Source: Eledone cirrhosa
Taxonomy: Eukaryota
DNA length: 64,000 nt
Assembly: GCA_964016885.1 (NCBI GenBank)
Contig: OZ024740.1
Location: forward strand, 382,416,001 to 382,480,000
Reading direction: 5' to 3'
Of this stretch, positions 29,153 through 44,120 are shown in pieces. The notes beneath the pieces were generated by a model. It saw only the letters and a program-made list of their open reading frames with translations, was not told where the DNA came from and did no database searches. The position numbers and the translations under genes are program-made. Positions within the stretch are counted from its first letter, which is position 1, and the number at the start of each line of letters is the position of its first letter.

Positions 29153-29807
29153 ACGATATTAAACAAATGGAAACTATATTTATAAAACCATATTTATTTC
29201 ATTATATATATTTCAGGGATATCATATTAAAAATATGGTATGCCATCCTCAGACAAAATACAATATATAAATCGTTTTATAAATAAATTTGACATGCCTT
29301 AAACATTACAACTTCCATTTAAAAAGTTGATTTGGTAGTGAAAATGTTAAGGACAGTTAGAAAGAAAGACGAAGAGAAAAAAGAAGGAAAGTGTATAGTG
29401 CTAAGGACGAAGAGAAGAAGAAAGAAAGTGTATAGTGCTAAGGACAGTTAGAGAGGAAGACGAAGAAGAGGAAGAGATGTATGTAAAGAAAAAACAACAG
29501 AGCGTCTTCCTCTCTAACTGTCCTTAACATTTTCACTACCAAATCAACTTTTTAAATGGAAGTTGTAATGTTTAAGGTATGTCAAATTTATTTATAAAAC
29601 GGTTTATATATTGTATTTTGTCTGAGGAAGGCATACCATATTTTTAATATGATATCCCTGAAATATATATAATGAAATAAATATGGTTTTATAAATATAG
29701 TTTCCATTTATTTAATATCGTAAATCTACTCCAAAACTTGTTGAGTGCTTTTATATCAGTTATAAAATATTTACTCGTTGTAACCCAACAATTTTAAATA
29801 AAACTTT

Positions 29808-29811
<4 letters not shown>
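29153..29811 (+). mobile_element. Fold-back HHR element, ~220-bp arms
   Basis: Arms ~29153-29375 / 29505-29721; HHRs at 29614-29679 (plus) and ~29195-29260 (minus); tail 29722-29811. Confidence 0.85.
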
Positions 29812-29858
<47 letters not shown>

Positions 29859-30325
29859 GTATATATATATATTTGATATATATTTATCCTTATCGAGCCC
29901 TCTTTGGATTTTAGTCTTCCAATTTATTTTCATTACTATATATATATATATATATATATATATTTACATATATATATATATATGTATGTATATATATATA
30001 TGTATGTATATATCTATATATCTATGTATATATATTAAACCAATAATCTTATTCACCGGAATCAGATTCTTCTTATATTCTCTAACTCATTTGATATATT
30101 TCTCTATATGCGCAATTGAATATGAATAAATATATATATAAATATATATGAGAGAGCAAGAGAGGGAGCGGGAAAGAGAGAAACAAGGGGGGGGAGGGGG
30201 GCAGATATAGCGGTAAAGTGCCGAGAAATTATACAAATGTTTTTATTCCCCGGAATTACTTCATATAAATCTTTATATGAATATACATGGGCTGCTGGTT
30301 ATCTGTGCGTGTTTACATCTGTGTT

Positions 30326-30366
<41 letters not shown>

Positions 30367-30374
<8 letters not shown>

Positions 30375-30680
30375 ATACTTTGGGAGGGTCATGTTGCCAA
30401 TCAGAAACACACGCACCAGTTGCTTTCACTTCAATTTATCATAATAAATTTATAATAAATTTATAAATTTATAAATTTCTGGTTGGTTGGTTGGTTCCAC
30501 AACCAACGAACCCGAAATTTATAAATTTATAAATTTATTATAAATTCATTATAATAAATTGAAGTGAAAGCAACTGGTGCGTGTGTTTCTTATTGGCAAC
30601 ATGACCGTCCCAAAGTATAACAATATCGGTTACAACACACGATTTCAGATAAAGAATCTTGCTAAACAAATTCAGAAACG

Positions 30681-30683
<3 letters not shown>
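30367..30683 (+). mobile_element. Near-complete palindromic element with 3' tail
   Basis: 30367-30480 mirrored at 30513-30627 around a GGTT/AACC centre; tail to 30683; TA flanks. Confidence 0.8.
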
Positions 30684-30717
<34 letters not shown>

Positions 30718-30721
30718 AACG

Positions 30722-30812
<91 letters not shown>

Positions 30813-31059
30813 ATAATAATAAAATTGAAGACTAAAATCCAAAGAGGGCTCGATATATATATATACATTGTGTATATTTCTCTCCCTCTCTCTCAATATA
30901 TACTCATATATATATATATATAAAATCAAGGTCTAGCAAATAGAGAAAAAGTTTTAAAATAAATTTTAAAAAATTACCAGTACTTACTATATGAGCCTCT
31001 ACCGCGGTTTCATGCTCCAATATATATTTATGTATATACAAACACACACACACACACAT

Positions 31060-31122
<63 letters not shown>

Positions 31123-31123
31123 C

Positions 31124-31216
<93 letters not shown>

Positions 31217-31745
31217 GTTTGTGCCCCTGTGTATGTGTGGGTTACAATATATATATATTTAATGTATAAGAATATGTGAAAGAGCAATATATCAACAATC
31301 GCCCGATGTTTAATGGAATATTTCTTTTTTCAAATAATAGGTTTCCTCTTTTGATAATCCGTTTTTCATTTCCTGATTATTTTCATTATTCAGATCGCCT
31401 TATCAACAGATTTCATATGCTTTTACAAACATTTCGCATAATCTAAATGTATGTTTCTCACCCTTTCTTATTATCTAATCTCACAAAGTAATATAAATAT
31501 AGAGTGAATCTTTTAATAGACATGCCTATTTTTAATGTATCTGATTTCCACATTGATTTATATAACTATTTATTGCTTCAGAAGAATTCGACTATATATT
31601 TATAGTATATTAATTTATTAATTTTGTTTTCAACAAAATTATTCTTTCACGTTGTAGATATGAATACACATGAACATTTCACTCCTGCCAAATATTCACT
31701 GCTTATTTCGTATATGCAGCTGTGCGTGTGTGAATAATTCTATGT

Positions 31746-31783
<38 letters not shown>

Positions 31784-32324
31784 GCGTGCGCACGCGCGTG
31801 TGTAATTGTATGTGCGCGTGTGTGTTTGTATATGTGTGTTTGTGTATGTGTGATGTGTGTGTGTGTTTTTGTGTGTGTGTGTTGTAAATGGAGAATGGAT
31901 TGTTATGTATTTTAAGTTATCGATTTTGCACAAGTGGTCTACAAAATCAAGACAGAACTATTCTTGGTAAAATTTATTTTTATTTGCTCGTATATCATAA
32001 GGCTATATATTGAAAGGGATAAATTAACATGTACATGTATATGTATACATATGAATATATAGATATATATATGTATATAACAAGCACACATATAGTTGTA
32101 TGTTTAAGGGATTTGCGTTCAGTCATGCGGTATGATGCAGTGGGTAATTGTTTTGTTCAACAGCCTTGAGTTAAACAACATTTGTAAGAGTCAAACTGCT
32201 GAAGCCCGTGTTATATATATATGTATATATATAAAATATATACATATTCATGCATACATATATGTCTCTCTCTCTCTCCCTCACTCTCTCTGTCTCTCTC
32301 TCTCTATATATATATATGTATTTA

Positions 32325-32430
<106 letters not shown>

Positions 32431-32534
32431 CATGTATATATATATATATATGTATATATATGTGTATATATATATATATATGTGTATATATATATATATA
32501 TATACACACACATGTATATATATATATACACACA

Positions 32535-32634
<100 letters not shown>

Positions 32635-33125
32635 GGTACTCATATGCGCATGTATAACATTAATATTCGCCGGTGAACCTGTGAATATTCAGGCGAATCA
32701 CCAGAGTTACAAGACTGATGTGACCTTAATAAAACGCGTGTGTGTGCCCTTGTGTACATTCAGATATGCACATAAACATATAGAGGCACATACACGCACA
32801 AGCACACAGACACACACACACATTTGTGTGTGGATTTATAAAAAAGATTTCCTGATAATTAATAAATAAAAATATATCAACACAAATTTATATTAAATAA
32901 ACCCATGACCTTTGGGCTCCCTCGCTATCTGGTTATGTAGACAAAGAACTAAAACAAAAGGCTAAATGTCAAAACACATCAATCCTTATCTCCCTCTTAT
33001 CATCATCATCATCACCATCATCATCGTTAACCTTATCATCATTATCACCAGCGACCACAGCACGAGTAACATCATTGTCATCAACACAAGAATCACCATT
33101 CAAATATTCATTATTACCACTTAGA

Positions 33126-33486
33126 GCGGTGAATTGGCAGTATCGGTAGAGGGTCGGACGCCATGTTTTGACTCATGGAATTACGGCCCTTGCCATTCTG
33201 AGTTCAAATTCCGCCGAGGTTAACTTTGCCTTTCATCCTTACGAGGTCGATAAAATAAAGTACCAGTAATGTACTTGATAATTGCTGGCCTTGTGCCAAT
33301 AGTAGAAACAATTAGTACCACTTAGTTTGGCATTATCGGTAGAGGGTCGGATGTTATGCTTTGCAAAATGGAGTTACAGCCCACCGAGGTTAACTTTGCC
33401 TTTCATCCTTAAGGGGTCGATAAATAAAGTACCAGTAACGTACTGGGTTGATTTTTTGACAATGTGCCAAAAGTAGAAATAATTAT
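33126..33486 (+). mobile_element. Two tandem MetaSINE-like SINE copies
   Basis: 33126-33314 is full length; 33325-33486 is internally deleted. Confidence 0.85.
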
Positions 33487-34199
33487 GACAACTTTCGTCG
33501 TCTGCATAAATATCATCCTCGCATGAATAAACCACAAAGAGCGATCTAAACGTTACAACAACAATTGACATTAATGTCAATGAAATTCCCAAGACGCTTA
33601 GATGATGATAAGGATGACCATCGTCATCATGCTTCGAAACTGATATGCTATGAAATGAGACGAATGATTTGTTGGTATATAATTCTATCTTATCAGTTAT
33701 GCACCCAATTTATTCTCTCCAACTATCTCACTCGTTATCTATCTATCTCATTCTCTTTCTCCCTCTCTCTCACCCCCGCCCCCTCTCTCCTTAGCATGCA
33801 TACTTCTCTTGTCACTTTACTTCTTATTAAATCTTGCTTAGAGATAACATCAATCATATTTAGAGTAAGTATCTAATTATTGAGTGTTTCAACACTTGAA
33901 GTGGATGATGAGGATACAGAGGAATTAAAAAGTAGAAGAACCTTGTTTTAGATGTTGAGGGAGTACAAAGTAAACGAGAGAAAAGGGAAAAGTTATCGTA
34001 GCAAAAGTAAAATAAGGACTTCAAGTGGAAGTACTTAAATAGACTAATTACTTAAATTTAGATCAATCGTTTGCTAATTCATAACAGTTGCATGGATTTG
34101 GAGATTGACAACGTTAACCGAGGAGACGGTAGTGTTAAGCAGAGCGTTTTGAAGTCGCTACTAATGGTTACTGGCTGTATATATTAAAAACAAATAATA

Positions 34200-34385
34200 T
34201 TAATTGTTTCTACTTTAGGCACAAGGCCAGCAATTATCCAGTTCATTACTGGTACTTTATTTTATCGACCCCGTAAGGATGAAAGGCAAAGTTAACCTCG
34301 GCGGGATTTGAACTCAGATCGTAAAGGGACGTAACTATGCTGGAAAGCATGGCGTCCGACCCTCCACCGATACTGCCAATCCACC
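34200..34385 (-). mobile_element. MetaSINE-like SINE, full length
   Basis: Reverse complement of 34649-34834 with few differences. Confidence 0.88.
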
Positions 34386-34648
34386 TAATGTTCATCAAGC
34401 TGTTGAGAGAATCTCCACAGGGTCAGTTGATATGCTAGAAATATTAGCTAAGTCTTCCTCAAAATTTAAATTATTCGCTTAAAAAATAAAAGCTATATTG
34501 CCACCATCTGAAATATATTGAAAATATCAAGAATAGAAATATTAAGTTTCTCATGATTATAGCTTTACTGGAACTAAACGACAATAAACATTGTAGTTGT
34601 TTTCTTTTGATTCTTCACCTAGTATTATTGTCTTGCATTATGTCTCTG

Positions 34649-34834
34649 GTGGATTGGCAGTATCAGTAGAGGGTCGGACGCCATGCTTTGACGCATAGAC
34701 TTTCGGCCCTTGCCATTCTGAGTTCAAATCCCGCCGAGGTTAACTTTGCCTTTCATCCTTACGGGGTCGATAAAATAAAGTACCAGTAATGCACTGGATA
34801 ATTGCTGGCCTTGTGCCAAAAGTAGAAACAATTA
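34649..34834 (+). mobile_element. tRNA-derived SINE with MetaSINE-like central domain (~185 bp reference copy)
   Basis: A box TGGCAGTATCAG, B box GAGTTCAAATCC, central ttgcctttcatccttacggggtcgataaaataaagtaccag (resembles the Sauria/MetaSINE domain), tail gaaacaattat. Further copies at 25584-25740, 35020-35155, 52095-52199 and 63854-63927. Confidence 0.88.
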
Positions 34835-35906
34835 TGTCTCTGTTGGGGCAGCGGTATCTTGGATAGTGTCGAAGTGACACCAAGATTTTAGATTAGCAAG
34901 AGGAGTATGCTTTATCGACTGGTACCTGGTGTGTCTTGTTTGAAATCACAACGTAGATGGTCATAAAACTGACCATTGAATGTTTTCGTAATAATGGTTT
35001 CTCATATAGGCACAACCCCAGTGCGTGACAGGTACTTTATTTTCTCGACCCCCTGAGGGTGAAAGTGAAAGTTAAATTCGCAAGATTTGAACTCAGATAA
35101 TAAAGGCGTAACTATACAAGCATGGCGTCCGCCTCTCTCCCGATACTGACAATCAATGGTTGTTTTATGATAATTTAATGTATTTCTGCAGGCACACACC
35201 CTCTTTTGTAAAGCCATACCGGGACATACACCTAATTTCTAGAGTATATTCCAATTATATCTGAAATGACACATCGTCGGAAGTTGATTGAAACTGTTCG
35301 CTAACTTGTAGGAACGTTTAGTTCTCCGCTCCCGTAATTAACTTATTTTACACTGCATCAAATTTACTCGTTACCATCATATGTCTGTTACACACTGACT
35401 TGGCTGTAGATAGATGAAATGGCGGAAACATTCCTGTACACCGGACAGTTTACTATTTCTGCCAATCCAAAACACACACACACATATATATATAATTAAT
35501 AGAAAATATCGATTCTCCTCCGTGTGAATCAAATAAACATTATTTCGAAGGACTACGGTATTACCAAAATGATCAGCCTGTTTAAACCAACGCTACCCCG
35601 CTGCAGTTAAGATTATTTTTTTTCTATAAATACATCAAAATTGCCTATACTATACAGGATGTACTCTAGTAATGTTACACTACACTGTGTTTTATGTATA
35701 AGGACACACGTGTGAAGACTCACACACCTACACACCCACATACACAAATCCACAAATACATAAATAAATATATACACACACACACATATATATATATATA
35801 TTTACAGGGATTATAACGTGAAGTTACTATATGTTCATCCAGGTGAGTACTTGGTATTTAGGTTCGCGCCGGAGGCGACGTGTAGAGCTAGACGGAGTGT
35901 AATATA

Positions 35907-36095
35907 ATAATTGTTTCTACTTTTGGCACAAGGCCATCAATTATCCCAGGCTATAACTGGTACTTTATTTTATCGACCCCATAAGGATGAAAGGCAAAGT
36001 TAACCTCGGCGGCATTTGAACTCAGATCCTAAAGGGCCGTAACTCTTTGCTGCAAAGCATGGCGTCCGACTCTCTACCGATACTGCCAATCCACC
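35907..36095 (-). mobile_element. MetaSINE-like SINE, full length
   Basis: Same family consensus. Confidence 0.88.
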
Positions 36096-36097
36096 AT

Positions 36098-36326
36098 ATA
36101 ATAATACAAGAATGATTTGTTAAGCCTCCATTGTGTTTATTGATTGGTGACGCGCGTTTCGCTATCGATCAGCTCAAAGTTCGATCCGTACCTTGACCGA
36201 CTCTGGAATCATGAGTCGAGCCAGATCGATACAGATTGGACATTGAGCTGATCAATAGCGAAACGCGCATCACGAATCAATAAACGTAATGAAGGCTTAA
36301 CACATCGTCCTTGTATTTTTATTATT
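36098..36326. mobile_element. Old fold-back element with degenerate HHR
   Basis: Diverged arms ~36100-36190 / 36228-36320; gct-loop-agc-GAAA-cgcgcg-TC-accaatc on the minus strand of the left arm. Confidence 0.6.
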
Positions 36327-36334
36327 ACGGAATG

Positions 36335-37270
36335 TCTTCAGGCGCTTACAGCCCTCGACCAGTCGAGCAATACAATCGCTGGAAATTCCACCTTGGCGTT
36401 ATATAGAAGGTTAGTGGAGCGAAAGAGCAACGACGTCCTTGGGGTGACTCTAGGCCTCGACGAAAACCAACTAGCCAATCTCTTCGGGAGAACTTTCGGG
36501 CCGGGGCCCATGGACAACATCCAGAAATCCCTGGACTGGCAGTGCTACGGAGGAGCCTTGACAGTTCGGGATAAATTCTACAGGCATGGAAGTGCCATCA
36601 GCCGGGCCTGTCCGAGATGCACGCAGGGCGATGAAACCGTCCTGCACGCACACGTTCAGTGTCCGAGCATTGCTGACTTGTGGGTTTATGCTGAACACCT
36701 GCTGTTACGTGTAGAACGAATCCAGCTATCAGCTGAGTCCACCAGGAAAATTGCCCCGCCGCGCTCCTTTAGCCGAGAAGGGCAGGTAGTTTTTATCTAC
36801 CTGGTGGCCATGGTAAAAGAGATCGTATGGTGGACACGTCTGAAAGGGTTGAAGATGTGTACTTTCCTCTTCGGTGACCCGCTCATTAACTTTTTCAGGT
36901 TTCACCTGAAAAGGAAAATCAGGGTGGAGGGGGATGGGCTGACTTCCAGCCAGTTAGTTGAGAGGTGGATGAGAGAGGAAAGAATGGCCCGTGTGAATGG
37001 GCCTACCCTGAGCGTATGCCTGTAGTAGGAAGAAAACTGGAATAGGGCATTTGCCCTAGCGGTCAGGGTAACCGTGGCTTTTCTTGTGGGCTTTCTCCAC
37101 GAGCAACCCTCGGAGGTCTCCTCCCTATTGGGGGATTTGTCATTGATTCCTTTTTTTGTCACACACTCTGTTTTTTTTTACACGCAGAAATGCCCATTTG
37201 TATTGTCCTGTGTTGTCGTGAATGTTATACTTTGTGTCAACCCTTGTGGTTAATAAAGAATGCATTATTA
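36335..37270 (+). mobile_element. 5'-truncated Tx1/L1-clade LINE (3' end)
   Basis: ORF 36393-37025 with CPRC...ETVLHAHVQC, collinear with 62690-63620; AATAAA at ~37252. Confidence 0.9.
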
Positions 37271-37316
37271 TAACACAATTTTACTTATTACACAGTCCGC
37301 CACCCCATAAACATAG

Positions 37317-37384
<68 letters not shown>

Positions 37385-37491
37385 GTATATATATGTATAT
37401 ATATAAATATATATGTATATATATATATATATATATAAATATATATATATTTATGTATGCATATATATATATGTATACATATATGCATATA

Positions 37492-37562
<71 letters not shown>

Positions 37563-38157
37563 AGAGATGTAATAGTTGGTTTGCGAGCTATAAGTTATAG
37601 TTTGATGCATAAAATATTAGATCGGACATACTGATTTTTTCCTTTATCAATTGTTCAAATCTGCTGCACCCATTTTCCCGGTTTGTATTTTTTTCTAATA
37701 TCCTTGCATCTCAGTTTGAAATGATACTACGGAAAGAAAAATGCGTCTATGCTATTAATAATATAGCCATAGCTTTACCTTTTGATCATGCCGGTATTAC
37801 GATAATAGAAATGATTTGGGAATAGAATTATAGAATCGATGGAATTCATTTCCAGAATCTCGTATCCTATTACATCGACTACCATAAAACACCTTCAGTA
37901 AATGTATGTCACAGTATGTTAATGCAGATTAGCGAGTGAGAAATTAAAAATAAAATATGAGCAGCTTTACTTGGTGTTGTAAATATCAGTTAATAAAAAT
38001 TGGCGTAAACAAATGAACTACAATATCGACTAAAACAACATAAAGGATTCCAGTGAAAACAGTAATGTTAAATTATCGTTGGAGAATGAGATATTTGACA
38101 ATATCGCTCATATGGAAATTATATACATAAAAACATAACATTAAGCGCGCGAACACA

Positions 38158-38342
38158 TAACTGTTTCTACTTTAGGCACAAGGCCAGCAATAAAGCAGTG
38201 CATTACTGGTACTATATTTTATCGACCCCGTAAGGATGAAAGGCAAAGTCAACCTCGGTGGGATTTGAACTCAGATCGTAAAGGGACGTAACTATGCTGG
38301 AAAGCATGACGCCCGACCCTCTACCGATATTGTCAATCCACC
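38158..38342 (-). mobile_element. MetaSINE-like SINE with target-site duplication
   Basis: Family consensus; gcgcgaacaca flanks both sides (~38147-38157 and 38343-38353). Confidence 0.88.
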
Positions 38343-38858
38343 GCGCGAACACAACGGTTGCTTGACTGTAACGCTCAAATTATGTCGTCTTTTATAAGGA
38401 TGTCATTTTCTTCTTTTTCTTTACGACTTTCTTTTCATTTTAGTATTAAGTTCTTTTACTTATTTATTTATTTACTATTTATTTATCTACATATTTATTT
38501 ATTTATTTATTTAATTATTGTTGCTGTCATTAACTGAAACAACTTCACCGGCTGATGACCTCAGTGGTCGGTACTTGATTAATATATATATTTGTTTGCT
38601 TTTCATTTATTTTGTTCACAACTTTGGCATGAATAAGTGTTTTAAATATTTTAATGGTCTAGGACTTGTCAGATAGTAGGAAATGGGGACGAAGATAGAC
38701 TTATATTAATTACATGTGTTATTAAACACATCACGTACACATACTTATACATAGACATGCACGTTTGTATAATAGATATTAACATTGACTCATCTATACA
38801 CGCACACAAGTACTCACACAGACATAAGTACAACTACCTATACCCCCCCCCCCCCTAT

Positions 38859-38907
<49 letters not shown>

Positions 38908-39444
38908 TATATATAGAGAGAGAGAGACAGAGAGAGAGAAATAGAAAGAGAGATAGATAGAGATAGAGGGGGAGTTTAAAAACACTCGGCAGAAGTGTAG
39001 GAAACACAAAACTCTGAAGAGATAAGCACATAGACAATTCCTGCTCATCGGCGGTCTTCTAGAGATCATCATAATTGCGAACGCTTTATAAGACAGGACT
39101 AGTCACCACCAGTACATAGATATCTATCGACGGATAGGTATTCGGGAAGAAAACACAATAGATATTGGACAACAACAAAAAAAAAGCAAAAGACAAGAGA
39201 AAAAGAACTATCCACATGCCGATATATGATAGGAAAATTGTTACAATCCAAAGCATCTTGATAACGTCAGTCTTCCTCATTTCGGGGTCTGGTGCGGTCT
39301 ATGGTTGATTTACTGAATAGAAGGAGGCAAGTTTGGTATTATTTGAGCGGGAATCATGAGTGCCCTTTAGCGTTTGGTTTAGTGCACTTTATAACGGATT
39401 TAACAATCAACGGTCTTATTTACATACATACATACATACATACA

Positions 39445-39628
39445 TAATTGTTTCTACTTTTGGCACAAGGCCAGCAATTACCCAGTGCATTACTGGTACT
39501 TTATTTTATCGACCCCGTAAGGATGAAAGGCAAACTTATCCTCGACGGGATTTGAACTTAGACCGTAAAGGGACGTAACTATGCTGGGAAGCATGGCGTC
39601 CGACTCTCTACCGATACTGCCAATCCAC
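39445..39628 (-). mobile_element. MetaSINE-like SINE inserted in (CATA)n
   Basis: Family consensus. Confidence 0.88.
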
Positions 39629-41961
39629 ATAACATACATACATGTGCATATGTGTGCCTGTTATATTGAAATGTTTGTATATTTTATGTGTGTGCCTGTT
39701 ATATTGAAAACACCACTGAGTTCCAGTATGATTATTTTTATTGAGGAGATTCGTATTTACTTATTAGTTCTCTATCCTAAATTTGAATCAACAGCTCTTC
39801 AAAACCTATGTGTGTATTAATGTTTCGAACCTATTACGGGAAGATTTTCTCTTAGGTAAACTATGTACAATGTAATTATTCATGGGAATGGTAGGAAATC
39901 ATGGATGCTTAATTTAAAATTTCTCAACGGTTAAACCTTACCAGTTATAATTGATTTCACTTATGCTGCAAATCAAAGGTTAACATTATATAACATATGT
40001 GAAAGTAATTATAACTGCCATGCTTTAACCGTTCAAACATTTAAAAATGGGTCTCCAGGATTTTCTAATATTCACATACTTCACCTCGTGACCAATACCT
40101 CATAACTATGACTATTCTGATTTTGAAGAAAGAATGAAATTGTTATTACAGAAATAGAGTTTGGATTGATATCGCTTACTTTAAACTACATACAAAGAAT
40201 TATTATAGGCAGTATGAAAAATTCTAATTAAAATTGTTCACGTTTTCTAAATGAAATGTATAAAAGTAATTTTGTTTTCTACTTGTATGTATCATCCTCT
40301 GTACTTTAGGTTGTGAACAACAGTCCTCCAAGATACGTGGAATGCTTCACAACGACATAAGGGTCGTCATTGTAAACGATCCAGATTTAGGGCATTGCAT
40401 TTTCCTGATAGCTGCATTTATCGCGCTAATCCCCAATTCATGTTATCTCTGTTAACCTGTCAAATCTACTTTCTCTACTTGTATTTACACCATAAAATTG
40501 GCGCTAGCAACATCTAGATACGAAGTTTATCTGCGCTATTGGTATGCATATTTTGATACATCACACAAGCATTAGGGAGTTCAAAAACGAATATTTACGT
40601 GAAATAGGGAATCTAATTTGTAATAATAAATGAATAGGTACAACACACTGCAGGTTCGAAATCCGAAAAATAAGTCATGTAGAAAAACCTACCGATTAAG
40701 TTATAAATTATTTTAAGAAACGTAAATGGACGGGTTTGATAGAGAGAGCTACAAGGTATAATTCGTTTGGGCATTTAGAAATCTAAGGCACTTAATTTGA
40801 AACAATGATGAAAGAGACCGGCTTAACTTGATAGGCCCAGGGATCGAACCGAACCAGGAATTTCATTATTATATACACAATATGTATATGATCATTTAAG
40901 TAAACTGTTTCTCAAATACAATCGTTGACAATTTCTTCCATTTACAGATTCTATTTTAATCATCTTGTGCTTCTTTTCTTTTATGTCTGGCCACGCTCTA
41001 CCATCTCTCTGACCAGCCCCGTACTGTTTAATCATTTCTTTCGATCTAGTACATTTCTTGTGTTAGTATACCCACATATAAGCACACACACGCATACACA
41101 CACACACACGTATATACACACGCACACACATACACACACATACACATATATATATATTTATATATATATATATATGTGTATAATCACGCAGGCTCAAATA
41201 CACGTTTGAGTATATTATAAAAAAATTCATTGCCAATGTTCTCTTTTTCTTTACTATGTAGAAACGGAGAATATCTCCTGTGGGATTCCTCTATAGTATT
41301 ATTTGTGTTATGTTTATCTTGTTTGTTTATCCTACGGTAATTCTCTTCGCTATTCGATTAGTCTCCTCTGAAGCCTCGGTTTCTTCATTATATTTTTTTT
41401 GCTCTTTTCAGTTCTTTACCGCATAAGAAGTTTCAAACCACATATTTCATCAAAAACTTAGAACACTGCGTTACCTCAAGGGAAATTGAACAAATATATC
41501 TCATTTATTTATTTATTTGTTTATTTATCCATTTGTTTATTTATTTATTTATTTATCCATTTATTTATTTATTTATTCATTAGGTTAATATGCTGCAGAT
41601 GAAGTGACCACTCCCCGTACTTTTATTTTTCATCAGATCAAATACACTTTCACATTCTTTTCGTTCTTTTTATTCAATGCGATATTGCTTGTAACGTAAA
41701 GTAGTGCCTCTCTGCTTGGAATATCAAAGAAATGAAGTGTGCATGGGTAACTAAGTACAAAATAGGATACCATTCATGAGAAAAAAAAAAATGGCACTTG
41801 ATACGCGGCGGACTACGTAAACAGGAGTATAAATATTGATATACAGAATTTGTTCGACCAGAAGTTGTACGGAATTATTGAAAACATATCAGGTCCTTCA
41901 AAGAAAATTATCATATAGTCAAATGTCTACATATATATATATATATATAAATAAATATATA

Positions 41962-42026
<65 letters not shown>

Positions 42027-42089
42027 ATATGTATATATATAGTATAAAGAAAACGAGAAATCAGTGATGCATCTGGACTTAATTTATTG

Positions 42090-42180
42090 CGTGTTACAAA
42101 TGTTTCGCCGGCAGGTAGCTCGAGACATGGTCCTTGTATGGATCTGGCTGATTCTACTTCTACGGGTTCTTTCAGACACG
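42090..42180 (-). ncRNA. Type I hammerhead-like motif with long stem II insert
   Basis: cgtgt-CTGAAAGA-acccg...cggc-GAAA-catttg-TA-acacg; perfect 5-bp stem I, one extra A in the core. Confidence 0.6.
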
Positions 42181-42666
42181 GGCGTTTCGTCTGGAGCAAA
42201 TTTTATCACTGGGGTGTTATCATCAAAAACACCCTCAACAAACCCTACTTCCACTGTTGTCATGCCATTGGCTGTTTTTACTCCACGTCATCACAAGTTC
42301 TGGTCAGTATCTGCTGCCACACGGTTCATCAGCTATTTTCCGTCCGACGCATTTCGATAGAGTCATGCTGGGTTTAGTATATCACACGTTTGTTCACACT
42401 TCAGAGTAAGCACCCACACATACTAAAATACACACATAAACACACACACATGCAGACACATACATATTTATGCAAACGCACACGTACGCCTACATGCGCA
42501 GACACCCCCATCCCCACATACATACATAAAAGTATATATATATAACATATACATACATACACACGCATATATATATATACTCATACAAGCCCACACATAC
42601 ATACACATACACATAGGTACACAAACATTACATACACACGTACATACACACACAAATATATATATA

Positions 42667-44120
42667 TCATCATCATCATCATCATCAACGTTTAACGTCC
42701 GTGTTCCACGCTTGCATGGGTTTGGACGGGGGTAGTCCCACTTGAGGCAAGAGTGATTGTCTTGCTCGCATAGGACTGTCTGGCAGGTTTTCTACAGTTG
42801 GATGCCCTTCCTAACACCAACCACATTTACAGTGTGGGTCTGGGAGGTTTTTACCGTGTTGCCTACACGGCCACATTACAGCGTGGACTGTGTGTTTTTT
42901 TGTCGTGACACCTACACGATCTCATTTGTTTCGGCCTCGATGGCGCGGCACCAACATAACTTTACATAGAACGGGGTGGTGTGGATGGGGTGGGGGTGGG
43001 GGTGGTGGGACGGGGTGTATTTTGTTAGAGATGCCTACTGGCTGGAGTAGGTTTTACTATATATTTAGGTAAGGCGGGTCTTCTCTGTTACTGAGTACCG
43101 CCAAAGGTCTCGGTCCAGTGACATTGTCTTGGAGAGGTGTAAGTGTGTGATGTCGGAGTTTATCAGCTCGTCCCAGGTTTTTCTAGGTCTGCCTATTCCG
43201 TGACTACCGTCTATCTTTATTGCCCTGCACTTTGTTAAACAGCTATCGACTTTCATGCGCATCACGTGTCCATACTAACGTAGCCTTCTCTCGAGTAAAC
43301 AACATCTGATCCCTCTTATCTCTAATTTTTTCCTTAGTTCGTTTATGCTTTGCCGTTCACGTATATTACTGTTACACATCCAGCGGAGCATGCAAGCTTC
43401 GTTCCTCTCTAGTCTGCGTATATCCTCTGCACAGAATGCCCAGGTCTCACTGCCATGCAGCATTGCTGTTCGTATGCAGGCATCGTACAACCTGCCTTTC
43501 ATTTTTAGGGAGAACCCTTTAGCAGCTAATAGTGGTATAAGCTCTCTGAACTTTTTCCAACCAGTTCTGACTCTAGCTACAGTACTTTCAGAGCACCCTC
43601 CCCCACTGCTGATTTTATCGCCCAGGTAACGGAAGCTGTCCACTATTTCTATAGAACCCTCTGCGCAATTGAAAGAGCTAGTATTTTGTGGGCACTTGCT
43701 GCTACTTATTGCACCAGAGCACCGGCCACATGTAAAATATATGTTCTTAGTTAGCTTACCTGTGATCCCACTACATCTTTTATGCACCCATACTTTGCAT
43801 TTAGGACATAAAATGGAGTTTCTACCTACGCCTTTCCTACACACCGAGCACGACCATTTCCCAGAAGGGACCGCCGCCTTGTTTTCTTTCCTACAAACTA
43901 GTACTTTGGTCTTAGCCAGGTTAATTTTAAGTCCTTTTGACTCTAGGCCGTGCTTCCATGTTTGGAATTTCTTCTCTAGCTCGGCCATTGATTCCGCTAT
44001 GAGTGTCAGGTCGTCTGCGTATAGGAGTTCCCATGGGCAGCCTGTCTTGAACTCCTCTGTTATAGCCTGAAGGGCAATAATAAATAGTAGTGGGCTGAGA
44101 ACAGAGCCCTGATGGACGCC
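42667..44120 (-). mobile_element. 5'-truncated RTE-clade LINE with (ATG)n tail and PHD-like finger
   Basis: GVHQGSVLSPLLF, LLYADD, FRYLG, MLHGSETW, GRPRKTW; CSVC..CPKC..WVHKRC..CGRC; (CAT)n at 42667-42686. Confidence 0.92.

Noticed and set aside
34649-34740. tRNA gene
   Set aside because: A/B boxes are present but belong to a multi-copy SINE head; no convincing cloverleaf.
38547-38578. ctgatgacctcagtggtcgg HHR-like start
   Set aside because: No GAAA box and no stem I/III.
40270-40500. Candidate host exon after a tttag acceptor
   Set aside because: Short frames, no recognisable protein, no clear donor site.
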